DNA from: Raillietiella orientalis
Lineage: Eukaryota
Length of the DNA stretch: 64,000 nucleotides
Direction of reading: 5' to 3'
Assembly: GCA_036172245.1 (NCBI GenBank)
Contig: JAYWIR010000027.1
Coordinates: forward strand, 992,001 to 1,056,000
The position numbers and the translations under genes are program-made. Positions 34,900 to 47,759 of the stretch are shown here, in pieces. Numbering within the stretch: the stretch's first letter is position 1; every line of letters begins with the position of its first letter. A model generated the notes under the pieces. That model was not told the DNA's origin and ran no database searches. It saw nothing but the letters and a program-made list of their open reading frames with translations.

Positions 34900-36975
34900 A
34901 GCGTGCGCCATGGAAGACTTCCGTCCGGTGCTATCGGCTTGCGAAACGTGCAGAAGACCGATGCCCACACCGCAGGACTCGCAGCTGCGTCGGACGGTCG
35001 TTAATTGCCAGAAGAGGAGCACTCGATCCCGCATCACAAGAACGCCGCCGTTCAGTGCGGAGGGCACACGGCAGCTCCGAGGCTGCGCGGTCTTGCAAAA
35101 ATCCTTCCAAGTGCCGCGCGGCCTTCCTGATTTATGCAGGCGAAGCCACCAGAGTTGTGGTGGACAGAGTGATGCGGAGGGTAATTCAGTCCGTCCGAGG
35201 CATCTGCGTGAGGTCAGTTTAGGCGTGAAGACGGCGAGAGGACCCTGCAACCCTTCTCACGGGCCAGAGGAGAGGAGAATGAGAAGCGGCGACTGCATGA
35301 GTCAAAGATCGGGAATTCGACCCCACGGCAGTTCAAGGAAAAGCTTGGATCATTCCAGAGAGAAGCTTCGCTTTCAGACCAGCATCTGCACTTGGGGCTG
35401 CTAGCTTCAAGGGTAGCTGGTCCTTCTGCAGACTGGTATTTCTGGTACGGGTTTAGGTGCCCATTTGCGAAACAACCAAATGGTACTAAGGAACCGCGAA
35501 ATATACCTTTGAGGATGTTTTCGGAAGCTGCTCTCTATCAGGAGACTTGCAATCGGCACCAAGGGCTTTCTCTACCTCACTCGGTTGGGTTCCTGCTCTG
35601 TACAGGGCCAAAGATGAGCGAGAAAGCGGGTTCTCTCGCGCTTGGTCGTTCGCTTGGCGCTCCAGCCCACACACCCAGTAGAAGACACTGCTTCATTAGA
35701 TGGTGGACGACGCCCTTAGTTTTGGAAGCTGGTTCTCATATGGCCTCGCGGTTTCGTGCGCTCTTGGAGGGCACCGTCGCTCTTGAGTTCTCTGCATCCC
35801 TATGAGTCGACGGCTGGCAGTGCCAACTGGTGCTTGGGTTGCAGTATTTTCCTGTGCTTTCGAGCACCATCTTGAAGGATGCAGGCGCGCTTTCAAGTGG
35901 GAGGCAATGAAGCATGACGGCTACATTAACGTTCGTGGATAGCTGCCCTGCAAGAGACACAGGAGTCGAAGCTCACATCGAAGATCAAGGAATGGTTTCC
36001 AAATCTGCATTTGGCAGACGAGAACACTCGCGCACCTGATCTCCGGAACACAAGACAAAATCCAAATCAGCGCCTACCCGGGAACTATGAAGAAGCTGGA
36101 AGAATCGAAAGTCACCTCGCTGGAACCTCGGAAATTTGAGGGACGCATCGGCACGGAATGGATTGGGTTTCCAAGAGAACCCAGCCGGAGTGCGTTCGCT
36201 GCCTAGGAACCCGAAATCAAAATGGCCGCTGAGACCGCACGTGGCTCAGGAGTTCTGCTGGCGCCTGATCACTGGAGCAAATTTCCAGCAAGCTATCACG
36301 AAGAACCCCGATGAGGATGGCTCTCTGTCTGCGGCCGCCAGCCGCTACGGATGCCTCCAGGTGAACCTGCTGGCGGTTGGAACCACAGTCCGACACTCAA
36401 GATGACCTGATGTTTTATCACGGAGGCATCCTGAGCGGCACGAGGACGAGACACTGGTCAGGCGACGCGCAGGGACAGATGTGCAAGACCTATTGAGCCA
36501 GGGATACCCAACTCCACGCATTCACCTTCCCGACTCTGAGCTGGGACTGGGCCAAGCTGTAGGAGGTGACAGGCCTGAAGCGGATGAACAAGATGGAGAT
36601 TCTAGCAGGAATGTTTGAAGGGAACGGCGATGTTCCTCGATACAACCCTATGGTCCACATCACCATCGCCTTCTTTATAAAGAGCATCTTGATGAGAAGG
36701 GCAAAAACGCGGACAGGAATAAACAGTATGCCAGCTGTAGAAATCCTCAAAGGATTAGTGAAAAGGAAAATTGGAATCAGAAGCTGTAAACGTATTCCCA
36801 CTTGGAAGTACTGCTACATCCTGCGAAGGATTCAGGAAGATTGTCAAGTGAGTGAATTCCCCACACAAACTCAGTGACTGGATGTCCGCAGACCAACCCT
36901 GAAAGTGAAAAACAGTGGAAACAGATGACATTGACCAACGCATGTATGTATGAATGAAAGTAGAAAATAAATTCA
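34900..36975 (+). mobile_element. decayed L1/Tx1-like LINE (3' half of ORF2 and 3' end)
   Basis: YFWYG...KEP (FFW.G...P region), EFCWRLITGANF (F.WRL), C-terminal ORF 36566-36877 homologous to 29400-29600, ends near AAAATAAA at about 36970. Confidence 0.6.
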
Positions 36976-36989
36976 CTCCACCTCAAGTC

Positions 36990-37260
36990 GGACCGGAGAA
37001 AAGAGTGACGTAAGAGGCACAGCAGAGATCACCATAATCTCCATCTCACGGAGATGAGTTAGGAGATGAGTCATCATTCCAGTTCAAAGGTTCTTTTCGA
37101 TCGTTTCCATGCCAGCCTGGAGGGGAGGAGTAGGAGCAACAAGTATACTTTGGAGGTTTTCCAGACGACCGTTTTGAAGAGCGTCCAATGTATACTCCAG
37201 CCAAAGGAAAAAAATTTCTTCCCTCAGACCAACTGATGACGTGATGACCCACTGACCCAG
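36990..37260 (-). mobile_element. Penelope-like GIY-YIG endonuclease remnant
   Basis: GVYIGRSSKRS...PGWHGNDRKEPLNWNDD resembles YIG.T.R...S...H....H.INW. Confidence 0.45.
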
Positions 37261-37512
37261 CAACCAGTGACGGCAGCAGGGAACCCTTCGTGGACGCCTT
37301 CATAGTGGACTCCCTCAACCAGGAAGTCTCCAGCGCGCCCTCCACGCGCATCGCCTTGCTCTCGTTCCAGTGGTTAGCGCGCGCGCTCACGCAGACGTCT
37401 TCGTCAGTCGGCAACTGGGCTCTCCCGTGCCGTCTCGTATGCGCCCCATGGCGCATGCGCTTCCCCGACGCTGCTGCGGTCCCCTTCGCATCCCAAATGC
37501 GCCTTTCGGAAG

Positions 37513-37636
37513 TTCCCTTCTGCCTACCCCACCCGACCTAACCCCCTGTCCGCCCAAACCTGCCCGGCTTGCCTCTGTCATCCCGAGGGCACGGTCGGCG
37601 GAAGGATGCCGCGGGGCAAAAAGTGCCGAACGCCGA
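37513..37636 (+). repeat. 124-bp direct repeat, copy 2
   Basis: Identical to 34726-34849 except one C/T mismatch. Confidence 0.97.
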
Positions 37637-40600
37637 TCGCCATCCAGAGGAGGGAGCGCGCGTGGGCGGCAACCCTCTTTGTCCGGGGCGTCGGTGGGCG
37701 AAAGAGAGAGCACACCGACGCTCTTTCGGGCGCGGGGCGCGAGGCGCCGCCCACGGAGCGACGGCTGCTGGCAGTCGCGCCACCGCCGGCTGCGAGCCCG
37801 CGAACGGGTGCCGTTGCTTCGGGCGACACGGCCCGGGAGTATGGGCGTGCACGTGTTCTCCCGCACGTGCGCGCATCCCGCTTTGGTCTTCCGTTTCCTG
37901 TCTTGCGGCGCTTCGGACAAAGAACTCCGCACCGAGGACCCTCGACGCTATGCGCCCCGAGTTGTCCTCCCACTCTCCAGCCCCATCCAGCCGAGGGCGG
38001 GCTCCCGGACTCGCGAAGGGCCTCTGCGGGGGACGGCCCGTCCGGTCGAGGTCTCCAACAGTCAGGCCGTTTTCGACGGCGTCACCGCTCCCGTCCTGCG
38101 AGGCCGGACTCTCCTCCGTCTCGCGAGCGTCCACGCGTGGTCAGCGCGTCCTCGCCCCCTCCATCGCTGTCGGGGACGGCGACCTGCGGTTTGCGGTGAT
38201 CGCAAAGGCGCCCTACGTGGCGCCTCATCTGAGTCCATGCAGGACGCACGCCGGTCCCAACAGCTGCTGCTCGGGCGGCGCGAGCCCCTTCTCCAGTGGT
38301 GCGGACGCCGGCTCCTGGAGAGGCGTCGCATCCCGACCGCCTCGTGAGCGGAAGCTGAGCGCGGCTTCATCAGATGAACGGCGCGGTTTCCAAATGTCTT
38401 CCGCCGCTTGGGTGGGCGCGCAGCAGTTGGTGGCGCGGGAGGGAGGTGGATCGACTTCTGGGACTCTTCGGAGCAGCGGCATCTGCGTCTTCCTCTGGGC
38501 AGGAGAGCGGAGCCGTCGCTATGGAAACGCACCGACCGCTGCTGGAGCCTGCGGGAGCCGGGGCCAGTGCCGCGCGTCACGCGAGAGGCGTCGCCGCGAA
38601 AGCCCTGCGGGGTCCAAGCCCGTCGCGAGAGGGGTTCTGGGCAGCGCTTTCGAATGGAGCGCCCTCACCCCATTCCCCCGGAACCGTCGCTCGCAGGCCT
38701 CTCCCATTGTGTCGAGCTGACCACTTGGCCCCGTCCAGATGGGCTGCGCATAATGCCGCTTTCCTCGCGGAGGGATTAGCGGAATTCCTGGAGCGCGCCC
38801 GCGCTGCCCGGACGCGTCGGCGAGGAGGAGCTGGCAAAGCGGCGGCTTCGAGACCGCGGACAGGGAACCTCCGGCCAAATTCCCCGGGAAAATTCTTTCC
38901 GAGAATTCTTTCCGGAGTGCGTGCGCTCTGGACGGCGAATTCCTTTCTGCCCTTTGGGTGTCCTACGAGTGGCGAGGCAGGTGCGGCGGTGCAGGAGCAG
39001 CTGACCTCGAGGGAAACTCCCGGGAACCGGCGAAGGGGGCGGGGATGCAAGAACGGCGAGCTGGCATCCCTCCGGCTCCTGGAAGTATCCTATTAGCAGA
39101 GATCCAAGTCTCCCTCCTCCCCCTTCGGACTGCGGTTGCTACCTCCAGCTCGTCCTCCCTCCCGAGAGCCGTCCGCAGCGCTACCCAAGACGAGCAAGCA
39201 GGCGGAGAGCATTTTGGTCTCTCAGTCCAGCTCAGCATCGGGTCCAAACAAGTGCGCGAGAAAGGATCGACGCGCCATTCGTCTTCTTCCTTTCTCCCCC
39301 TCCCTTCCCTCCCGCTAATTTCCTGATCGCCCTAATGGGCATCCCACCTTTTCCCTGCCCTGCGCCGACGCTGGGAACAGCCGCGGTGGACGCGAAAGCG
39401 TTGAGGACGGCCTTGAGAAGAACCTGCCGCGGCAGGCAGGGTCCATGGGCATCGAGAGACCAGCATCCTGCAGGACACTTCCGCCCGTGGAACGAGAGCG
39501 GGGTGGCGGAGAGGGGACGTCGCCCTCGGGCCCCACAGCTACAGCCAAGGCGGGAACGACAAAAGAAGAGGAAACGTCTGCCTCCCTTCATGTGAGGAGC
39601 AGCGGCCAAGGGTGACCCTTCGACCTCGGGGTGGTGAGTTCGGCTTCGCTAGGAGACCCCGGCCCGCCGTGAAATCCTCGAGTGCACTGCGGACAGACGT
39701 GGATGGTCGCTCGACGCGCCGCCAGCCAGAAAGTCGCCAGAATTCCCGATCTTCACGAAGGCCTCGGCGGTCGCTTGGTCCGGCGCAGCATCCGGCCCCA
39801 CGGAGCGGACGCCCTCAATCTCGAGGAGAAGAGGAGAGGGAGACGAGCCAGCAATTCGCTCAGCGCCAAAGGGGTGCATGCGAACCCGCCGCGGAAGGGC
39901 ATCGTCTCCGCTGCCTGCCCTCAAGGAGAAGCGCCGCGGTCCAGCCAGCGCGGTCCGTCGCCCACGCGAGGTCGCCCGGTGCGCCGTTTCTTCGGTGTCC
40001 GTCCGATGGCTGCGACCTCGCGAGCGCCGTCCCTGCCGCGATTTCCCCCACGTGGTTTTCGGGGAGTCCGGGCCGGGGAGGAAAGGCGGGTGCTCGTTGC
40101 GGCTTCCGAGAGCCGGTCCTGTGAGGCGGTGGCTCCGGAATGCTGCCGTCCTGAAACGGATTCTCTCCCCTCGCTCGCCCCACCTGCCTCCCCCGGGGCC
40201 GTCCGCCTTGCTTGCCTCTCCTTTCGGCCACGAGAGAAGCGCCGGCTTCGGCAGGGGTGGCGCAGGGTCCGCGGGATCGCGCGACCCGACGGACGGCGAG
40301 AGCGTTTCCTCCGCTCCACGGCTGGAAGCATGAATGGGAGGATGCTGGCGCGCGCCAGCAGCCGGCACGGTCGGGGCGCGCAACCGCCGGAGGGATTTCG
40401 GTGGGACAACCGGATGCTGGGAGTCAGGAGAACCCAAACCAGGACGTCTCCCGTGCGTGCCCTCCGAGGTCGAGAGCAGGCGGCTTCTGGCGCATCCGCT
40501 GACGTAAAGCACCGCGGGCGAAGCGGTAGCGCTGTGCCTGGAGGCTGCTTCTTGCCGCGCAGCACGGAGGCGCCCGAGCCCTGAGCCCATTTCCTTCGCT

Positions 40601-40899
40601 GCCGATCTTCTTCCCCGCCCCGCGCAGCGCCTCCTCCTCGGCGACGTCAGAGGTTTCTGCGTAATAGCGTGGAGCTCTGGGGATTCCGTCCTTCGTCCTT
40701 GGAGGCTTCTTCCGAGTGCATGACCGCCCCCGCTGGCCGGAGGGGGGTCTCACCGAACTCGCCTTGGAGCGCTTCGTCTCCCTCGGTTTGCGAGGTCGTT
40801 TTTCGACGCAGAGCGGGGGCGGGCAGCGTGGGTTGCACGGAAGGCTAGGTCTCCGCGCCGCCGAAGTCTTCCGTCTGGGAATTCGAGCCGACCCGAGTT

Positions 40900-41500
40900 G
40901 ACCGACCTCGGGTGAGGAAATGGAATGGGAGGCTGGGGAAGCGGGGTCCGTTGCATGGAAACGCGGTTTCTTGCAACGACCTTGCACGGAGGAAACCCTG
41001 CTACGGCGCTTCCAGAGATCGCCCCGTAGGGACACCGGGAGGAGCCAGAAGCGGCGGCGCGTGGTGAGGCGCCTCCACGAGGAGTGTTCAGGAACCGGAC
41101 CGGCGCTCCAGCCCCTTGCGAGACTCTGCCTCGTATGACTAAGGAACCGTGATGCGCGCGCGAGAGAGCCCTTCTCACCTTCTAAGCAGAGGCAGGGAGT
41201 CATCCTCTCGTCGGTGGTGCGTGACCATTGCCCACGTAGAGCCCCGCCAGGCCCCGCGATCCAGACTAGAGTGCCCTTCACGACAGCTCCCCTTCCCCGA
41301 ATGAAACCGCGCGCGAGGGTCAGTAGCGGCTCTGCGCCCGCGCAGGTGAGTCCGCCGCGGGTTGGGGAAGGGCCGCTGCCCTTCCGCAAGGCAGCCGGGA
41401 GAGCGGCCGCCGGTTCGGGAGGGTTACCGGGGGATCTCCTTTTTCTGGAGTCCGATGTGTGTCCGCGACAGGAGATGCCTAGCATACTCACTGGGCGCAG
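40900..41500 (-). mobile_element. non-LTR RT remnant
   Basis: LLTLARGFIRGRGAVVKG echoes LL.WI.SFL..R...V.V.G, upstream of the QG motif. Confidence 0.3.
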
Positions 41501-43654
41501 AGGGAGAAGTCGAAGCGCGCGTCCCTCATCTCCCGCGGGGGGAAGGGTTCAGAGAGTTCGGAGGATAGAATAAAAGGGACAGGGAGCTTCCTGAAGTTTC
41601 TTGCATCGTGCGCATCCCCCTCCCCCTTTCTATCTGGTGGTGGGACGCCAGAGGATGAGGTCTGAGTGCGCTTCCGGTTGCAGAGGATATGCTCCCCGAG
41701 TGCGGATTGCCCATCAAATGACCTCCTGCTCCTACCCCTAGTCGCATCCGGTCGCTCCGGAGGCGGACGCGGTCCCTCTCGGCGTCCCGCAGCACCAGCC
41801 CTTTGCGGGTGCAGCAGCGGAGGGAACTCCGCCGCCAAGAGCGCGCAAGGACGGACAACGGGGAGAGGAGAGACGAAGAGAGGGTCACCCGCCTACCTGG
41901 GGAGGACTCCTCGCACGCGACGGACCTCACCACGTGGTGGGCGGACCGTGTGGTCGCGCCTCCAGAGGAAGCGTCGAGGAGGGGAAATGGTCTTTACCCG
42001 GAAGGCCAAGGTGAGGCAGAGGGCGGGCTAACGCCTTCCGGAATCGAGCGCCACTCCGAAGGGTGAACAGGAGTCTGATCCCCGCCTCCAGAGACCCCAG
42101 GGACGATCCCCAAAGACTACTACGGGGGAAACTACGGAGGGGCGGCCACGTTTGGTGGTCGAGACATTCGCACCCTGGGGCAGTTTGGAGACCTCTATTC
42201 GGACGGAAGGTGCTGGGAAGACTATCGCGCCGACTGGACCACAGGATGCACACGCGCTCATCGGTAGGGAAGCATCCGACGCCTTCCAGCGGGGAAACAG
42301 GAGGGAGAGAGAGAGGGAGAGTGGTCCATTAGCATCCTGCTTCTCACATATGCAGATGAGAGCTCCCAGACTGCCATCCCTTATGGACAGTCGAGAAAGG
42401 CGAAGACGGAGATGCCCATCGGGGACGCGGATGGGAGCCGCGCTAGCCAACAGGCAGGTTTTGCGCTTCTCTGAAGGAGACCTCCCCGTGCGGTCAGCGG
42501 AGTACGTTTGGCGGTTCCCAGTCGCCCCGGGGTCGTTGTCGTGTCGCCCCGCATGAGCAAGGTTGCGCGCACGGTGCTCTCGAGGACTGCACCGTTTGGT
42601 GTTCGCCCGCCCGACCAGCGAGCTCGCTGAGGGCTCGCCGGAGATGCAACTGACCGCCGCTCTTCCCTCCCCTCTTCCTCCTGCCTTCCCGTACCCCCTT
42701 TCAGGGTTCGAGGTGGGGTCACCCCTTCCATGGACCGCACGCTTCCCCGCCGACTTGTTCAGGGGCGAAGAAGCTAACCCGCGACGGACAGCAAACGCCC
42801 CATCCTTCCGTCCGCCTTCCCTTTCCTCCGTCAGCCGCCGCGTGGGTTGCGGGATGGAGGGCGGGGTCTCCTGCTCGTATGTATCTTGGCGGCGAGACCA
42901 GGATACCATCTTCCTCGAGAGGTCGCTGCCGGAACTCTCCAGGAACCTTAGAATGCCAGTGGGAAGCCACCGATCTGGGCTTGCCGGAGGTTCGGCCAAC
43001 GCGGGGGAGGCTGCCGTCCACCAATATTCGGCCTGGGCGCGGCGGAAAGAACAGCTGACCTCTTCCGGGTCGAGAAAGATCTGTGCAGCGATCGTCTGTT
43101 TCTTCCCCTTCCTCGATCGCATCTGCCGGATCGGCGCACCCGGCATCCGGTGAGCCACGCTCCAGCCGAGAGGAGAGAATCCCCTCCCACCTTCCCGGAT
43201 CCGCAGACTCCGGCACTCTCCCGACTCGTCTCTCTACCCCCGGTTGGCTCCCGGCTATTCGGGTACCTTGTCCCTCTGCGAGTCTTCGGATGGCGGCATC
43301 ATACAAGGGAGAAGTGGGAGGGAGATTTCCACCACTCCACAGGCATCGATGGACCCGCGCCGCTCCCTACGTCTACGGCGGTTCGGGGCTGGGCCAGGCT
43401 CAAGTGCTTCCGGTTCCACTGTCTATTTATAAACTCGCTTTTTAATCCTTCGCGGCTGTCGGTGTCATATCCTGCGGACCCGTGATTTACGGATGCAGCA
43501 TAAATCAATAAGCCGCCGCCGATGGAGGCGTGTCAACAAAGGCGCGAGGTATGGGGTAGGCACCCCTGGTTTCTGGGAAGAAAAGGGGGGGGGGAGATGG
43601 AAGCGACACACTCGGAGAGGCTGCAGTCATGCGGTGCTCAGGCTGAGCTGCTCC

Positions 43655-43960
43655 TCGTGATGTTCGGTACATGTGTACATGATTTCGTGTACACAGCATC
43701 GTGTTGGCAGGCTGCTTGCGTGCACAGCTCTGCGCTGCCAGCGCGCGGATGTCATCTGGCACATAGGTTAACGCGTGTGCCGGTTGCCGGCAGCGAACGT
43801 GATGCGTGTGTAGTGCCGCCGCCCTGTGCCAGCAGCCGGACGTTTGTTCCGTGCAGGCCATGTACGCAGCAGCGCCACAGCCGTCCGGTGCACGGGTCAC
43901 GTGTGTGCGCCGATTCGATCGTTCGTAGCCTCCGCCCTCGTGCATGTGCACGTGGGCGCG
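43655..43960. repeat. GTAC-rich repeat, second copy
   Basis: Homologous to 20830-21060. Confidence 0.6.
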
Positions 43961-44899
43961 GTGTTTCCAGCGTTGCCGAGCGAGCCGCGTCGTTGGGGAG
44001 AAACGGACGAGCAGGGGGAAGCCGACTGATCCCTTGAGGGCGCGGGGTCGAACTCCGGGAGGGCGATCTGCCCTTCTCACAATCTCCTCCTCGTTGGGTC
44101 CAGTCGAGTCACTCTTGGCACCCAGAGATTCCTCCTTAGAACGCCTTCCGCTGCGCCCTGCGGCTAAGTGTCTGGTCGTCCACCGGTCCCTCGCAGCACG
44201 TTCCGGATCACCTCGCGAGCCAGGGCAGGTGCCCTCGAGGCGCTCCTTTGGTGGCAAGGAACAGTCGGGAAAAGAAGGGGCGTGTCCACATTCCCTTAGG
44301 TTGACGGAGGGGCGGTTTGCACGCAAGCTGACGAGATAAAAGTGCGGTCCGTGGTAACCGCGAGCATTTGCGGGGTGAGGTTGACGGGACCTCAGTAGGT
44401 CAAGCGCAGGAGAGGGAACTCCTTGGCCTCTCCGGTGGGACGGTGCCCTCCTCAGCGAGACGGGCAGATCCGCAAAAATCTGGTGCACCACCGTGGGGCG
44501 AGGAAGGAAGTGGATGGGGCTTCCGCAGGTGGTCACACGACCCGGTTCCCTGTAGTCATCCTTCAGGAGATGCCTCGCCCGGATGCTTGCCGAAAGACAC
44601 CGGTCGCCAGCAACCATCTGTGGTGTCCTGCCCCGCGAACGGATGTTCGTCCCGCGCGCGGCGACGCCTGCCTCGCCGACGTCTGCGCCGTTTCTTCGGG
44701 ATGTTTCGGGAATTTCTCCGGATGGCGATCCTCCGAAGGCCTCGTTGCCCTCAGGGGAATTTCGCGATTCCCTTCTCCCACTTCTCGCCCGAGGCGCGAG
44801 TGTGCCAGATCGGGTTAAAGGAGGCGAGCAGCTCCAAACAGATGCATCTGCATCACCCAGGAGATTTACAAGGCCCACGCCCCCCTTCCATTCCCAGGG

Positions 44900-46340
44900 T
44901 GGTTGCTCTTGGCTGTGAGGGGTGTGCAGATGGGACATCTCTCCACTCCCCCACCCCTTACTGCAACTGCTCGCAGCATCATCTGGTGGGTACCCCCGGA
45001 ATCTCGGAATGAACCAGGTGGGGGAGGGGGAAGAGGTAGGAAAGACTTCCGGCACGTCAAGCTGCAGCTTCAGTTTCAGACGCTTGACCTCGTGGCAAAT
45101 CTCTGGAGCATCACCTGGTGCCAACCTGCACGTCTTCTCGCCCAGCGAGCCACCGGCAGCGTGGGACTCGCGTCCTTCCTTGCGCGCCGTCCATGCAGTC
45201 TCATCCACGGCGGACTGCACCTGCGGCAAGAGGCCACGCTGGAGAGGAAAAACGGATGGATCTCGTGCCACCCCGCGAACGGTAATGTCTAATTTCAGGG
45301 AACTGTGCGCACGTGGGCGAGAATCCAGGAGCCAAGAGCGGAACAGGTGCGACGTTTCCTGTTCTCGCGTAACACCAACTGCACGCTCCGGGGGATCCTG
45401 GAAGATCCCGCGAAGAGTGCGTGGACAAGCAGAACCTCATTCGCAGCCGCGCTGTCCTCCCTAAGGGAACACATGGAGAGTAGCCTTGCGGTTAGACGGG
45501 AGGTTACTATGAAGATCCCCGGAAGGAGGAAAGGACTGGGCGAGTGGACGACAGGCCAGCTCACCGACGCTGCGACCCTGATTGCTCGACTTCGTGGACT
45601 TTTGCTCTGGGGCGAGCTACTGGGACTTCCAGTTGAAGATCTGAAGTGACTCCCCGTACTTATGAACACCCTCACTCTCTCTTTGAAGTGGCAGGAGTCG
45701 GCGTTGATGCTTCTGCACTGGGGCCTCTTGTGCAACGCCCCCCAGCATCTGTGGACACGGGGGGTGTTGATCCAAACTATGCAAGGTGCGGAGAACAGGA
45801 ATCCCCCCTGAACCTCCTAATGGACTGTATTGCCCCCTAGCCCCTTTGGGGACTCTTTACTGCGACTCTCGGAACCTCCGACAGCAGCCCCAGAGACGTT
45901 TTGAAGCTCCTTTTCCTGCAGGACGCCCTCACGCCGGCCGCATCCTTAGCAGCACTTTGCTGCCCACGCGGCGGGATCGTGGCTGCATGCAGCAACGCCA
46001 GAGCAGTGTCAGGACGACAGGGATTCCATCTACCTTGCCGTCCTCTTCGTGAGGATAGCGATGGCCCCATCTGGGGGTCTTGAAACAGGAACTTGCCGGC
46101 ATCCTTACAAAGATGCAGAGGACGCCCTCCAGCACACAGTGATCCCTTCCCGAATTCCCACTCCATTTTTTGACTGTATATTTTTTGTTTTATTTTTTTT
46201 CTTTTTGTTTGTCTCCCCTTCCTCTGTGCTGCCAAGACGAACCCTGCTGGCCTGAGTGCCAATTCCTGGCAAGTTCCTTCTCGTAGTTATAAGTAACGTG
46301 GCAGGATCAAACATCCTGTCATATACATGTTCGTTTATGC
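44900..46340 (+). mobile_element. Tx1/L1-like LINE 3' end, copy 1
   Basis: LKWQESALMLLHWGL and DPNYARCGEQESPLNLLMDC (degenerate CCHC), T-rich 3' UTR ending TATAATAAAC; colinear with 47760-49060. Confidence 0.75.
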
Positions 46341-47259
46341 TATAATAAACTCCCGGTGTGATCGAATGTCAACCAGAAGCACGGTTTGGGGACAAGAAAA
46401 TTCTCCCCCCTTCCCTCCGGATGGCATATTCTGCCCCTGACCCTAGGAAGCCGGAGTGACCTCCCCAAGCATCTACGCGCTTCCCCTGTTTCCATACATG
46501 GAGATGTCCTGTTCGCTGGTGAGGAAGGCAGCCGGTCCCATGGGGTGGTAGCGGAGAAGTGTGGCATAGCAGGGTGCGGGGGAGACCGGCGCTCCCCCAC
46601 GAGGATCGCAGGCCTTTCGGACAGCCCCTTGGACGAGTCTGACCAGCACCACGGACAACCACCTCCGCTCGGCAAGTTGGTTGCCCTTTGTGCTCTTGGC
46701 TTTCGGCGCGGGCAACAGTGTCCAGGATACACCGTGGCAGACGCAGGGACGTACCAGCCGCGACATCCACCCTCTGCACAGCGCGGGCCTTCCAGGAGCA
46801 GAGGCACGGGGTCCCCGGAAGGCCAGCCTCCAACCACGCCGGACGGCGAGTCCAAAGCCGGCGGCGGCAGGCTTGGCCAGGGTAACCACAGCCCCTGGCA
46901 TCCGCCGGAAGCTGGAGGAGCTGATCCCTCCCCCCCTCTTCCCTTCGACAGGGACTCAAGCCCTCCATCGCGGACCAGCTAGCGGCGACGGCACCGGACA
47001 GGTCGGCAGGACGGACTTGTCATCGGGTTGCCAGGAAACCGAGTGTGCCCGGGAACGCTTTGGGCCACCTTCGGAGCGACGCCTGGCAGCGCGCTTCCTC
47101 AGGGAGGAAGAGCTTGTCTTCCCTCCCCGTCTCCTCTGCAACTTCCCTTCCCCGTCCAAGGAACAAACCACGGCCACGCGGGGTCATCGGCGCGAGCGCG
47201 CGAGTGGACGGTCCGCATCAGGGTCTTTCCGGTTCCGCTGATTTTCCTTCTCGCGCGTT

Positions 47260-47720
47260 TTTTTTTTCCTTCCGGTTTTCTTTGTTTGGGGCTCGCCGAG
47301 TACTCAGGAACCGTTCGTCTGGGAGCTTGCAAAACTCTGTAACACTGATCACGTCTCCTGGGAGTGCGCGTCACTCTTTAAGTTATAGGGACCACCTTAT
47401 GCATCTAAGAAGGCTCCAGAGGGAGTCCTGTTCTTCTCACGCTTGGGAGGATACCCCGAACGGAACCACCTTTCCTTGTTCTCTCCGGAGAAACCCCTGG
47501 CAAAAGATTCGCTCCCTGTTCCTGTTTCTGGAGAGCACCCCGAAGGAATGCTTCTCCATTTCTCTGAACGGCTCTTCCCCGAAGGGAGCAGTGCGCTTCT
47601 TGAACACTGGAGAGGTGTCATCAACCCACCAACTCCGTGGTACGAAACGGAGGGTCTCCCACGAAGAGAACTTGTTTGCTCCCCACCGACTAGCATTGAA
47701 AGGAGGACAAAGGACCTCCT
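47260..47720 (-). mobile_element. SINE body, copy F (head missing)
   Basis: Reverse complement contains GTACCACGGAGTTGGTG, AAGAAGCGCACTGCTCCCTTCGGG and the end motif GGTTCCTGAGTACTCGGCGAG plus A-rich tail. Confidence 0.75.
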
Positions 47721-47759
47721 CAGAATCGCCTTGCAGGGCACAGGGAGGCCCCGAGTCCG

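Noticed and set aside
36990..37640. hammerhead ribozyme or retrozyme associated with the Penelope-like fragment or the 124-bp repeat
   Set aside because: CTGATGA at about 37232 has no properly placed GAAA or stems, and I saw no hammerhead core in the repeat. An Infernal scan would be decisive.
43505..45271. 588-aa minus-strand ORF
   Set aside because: Crosses three unrelated repeats (GTAC block, SGNH-family copy, antisense LINE), so it is not a coherent gene.
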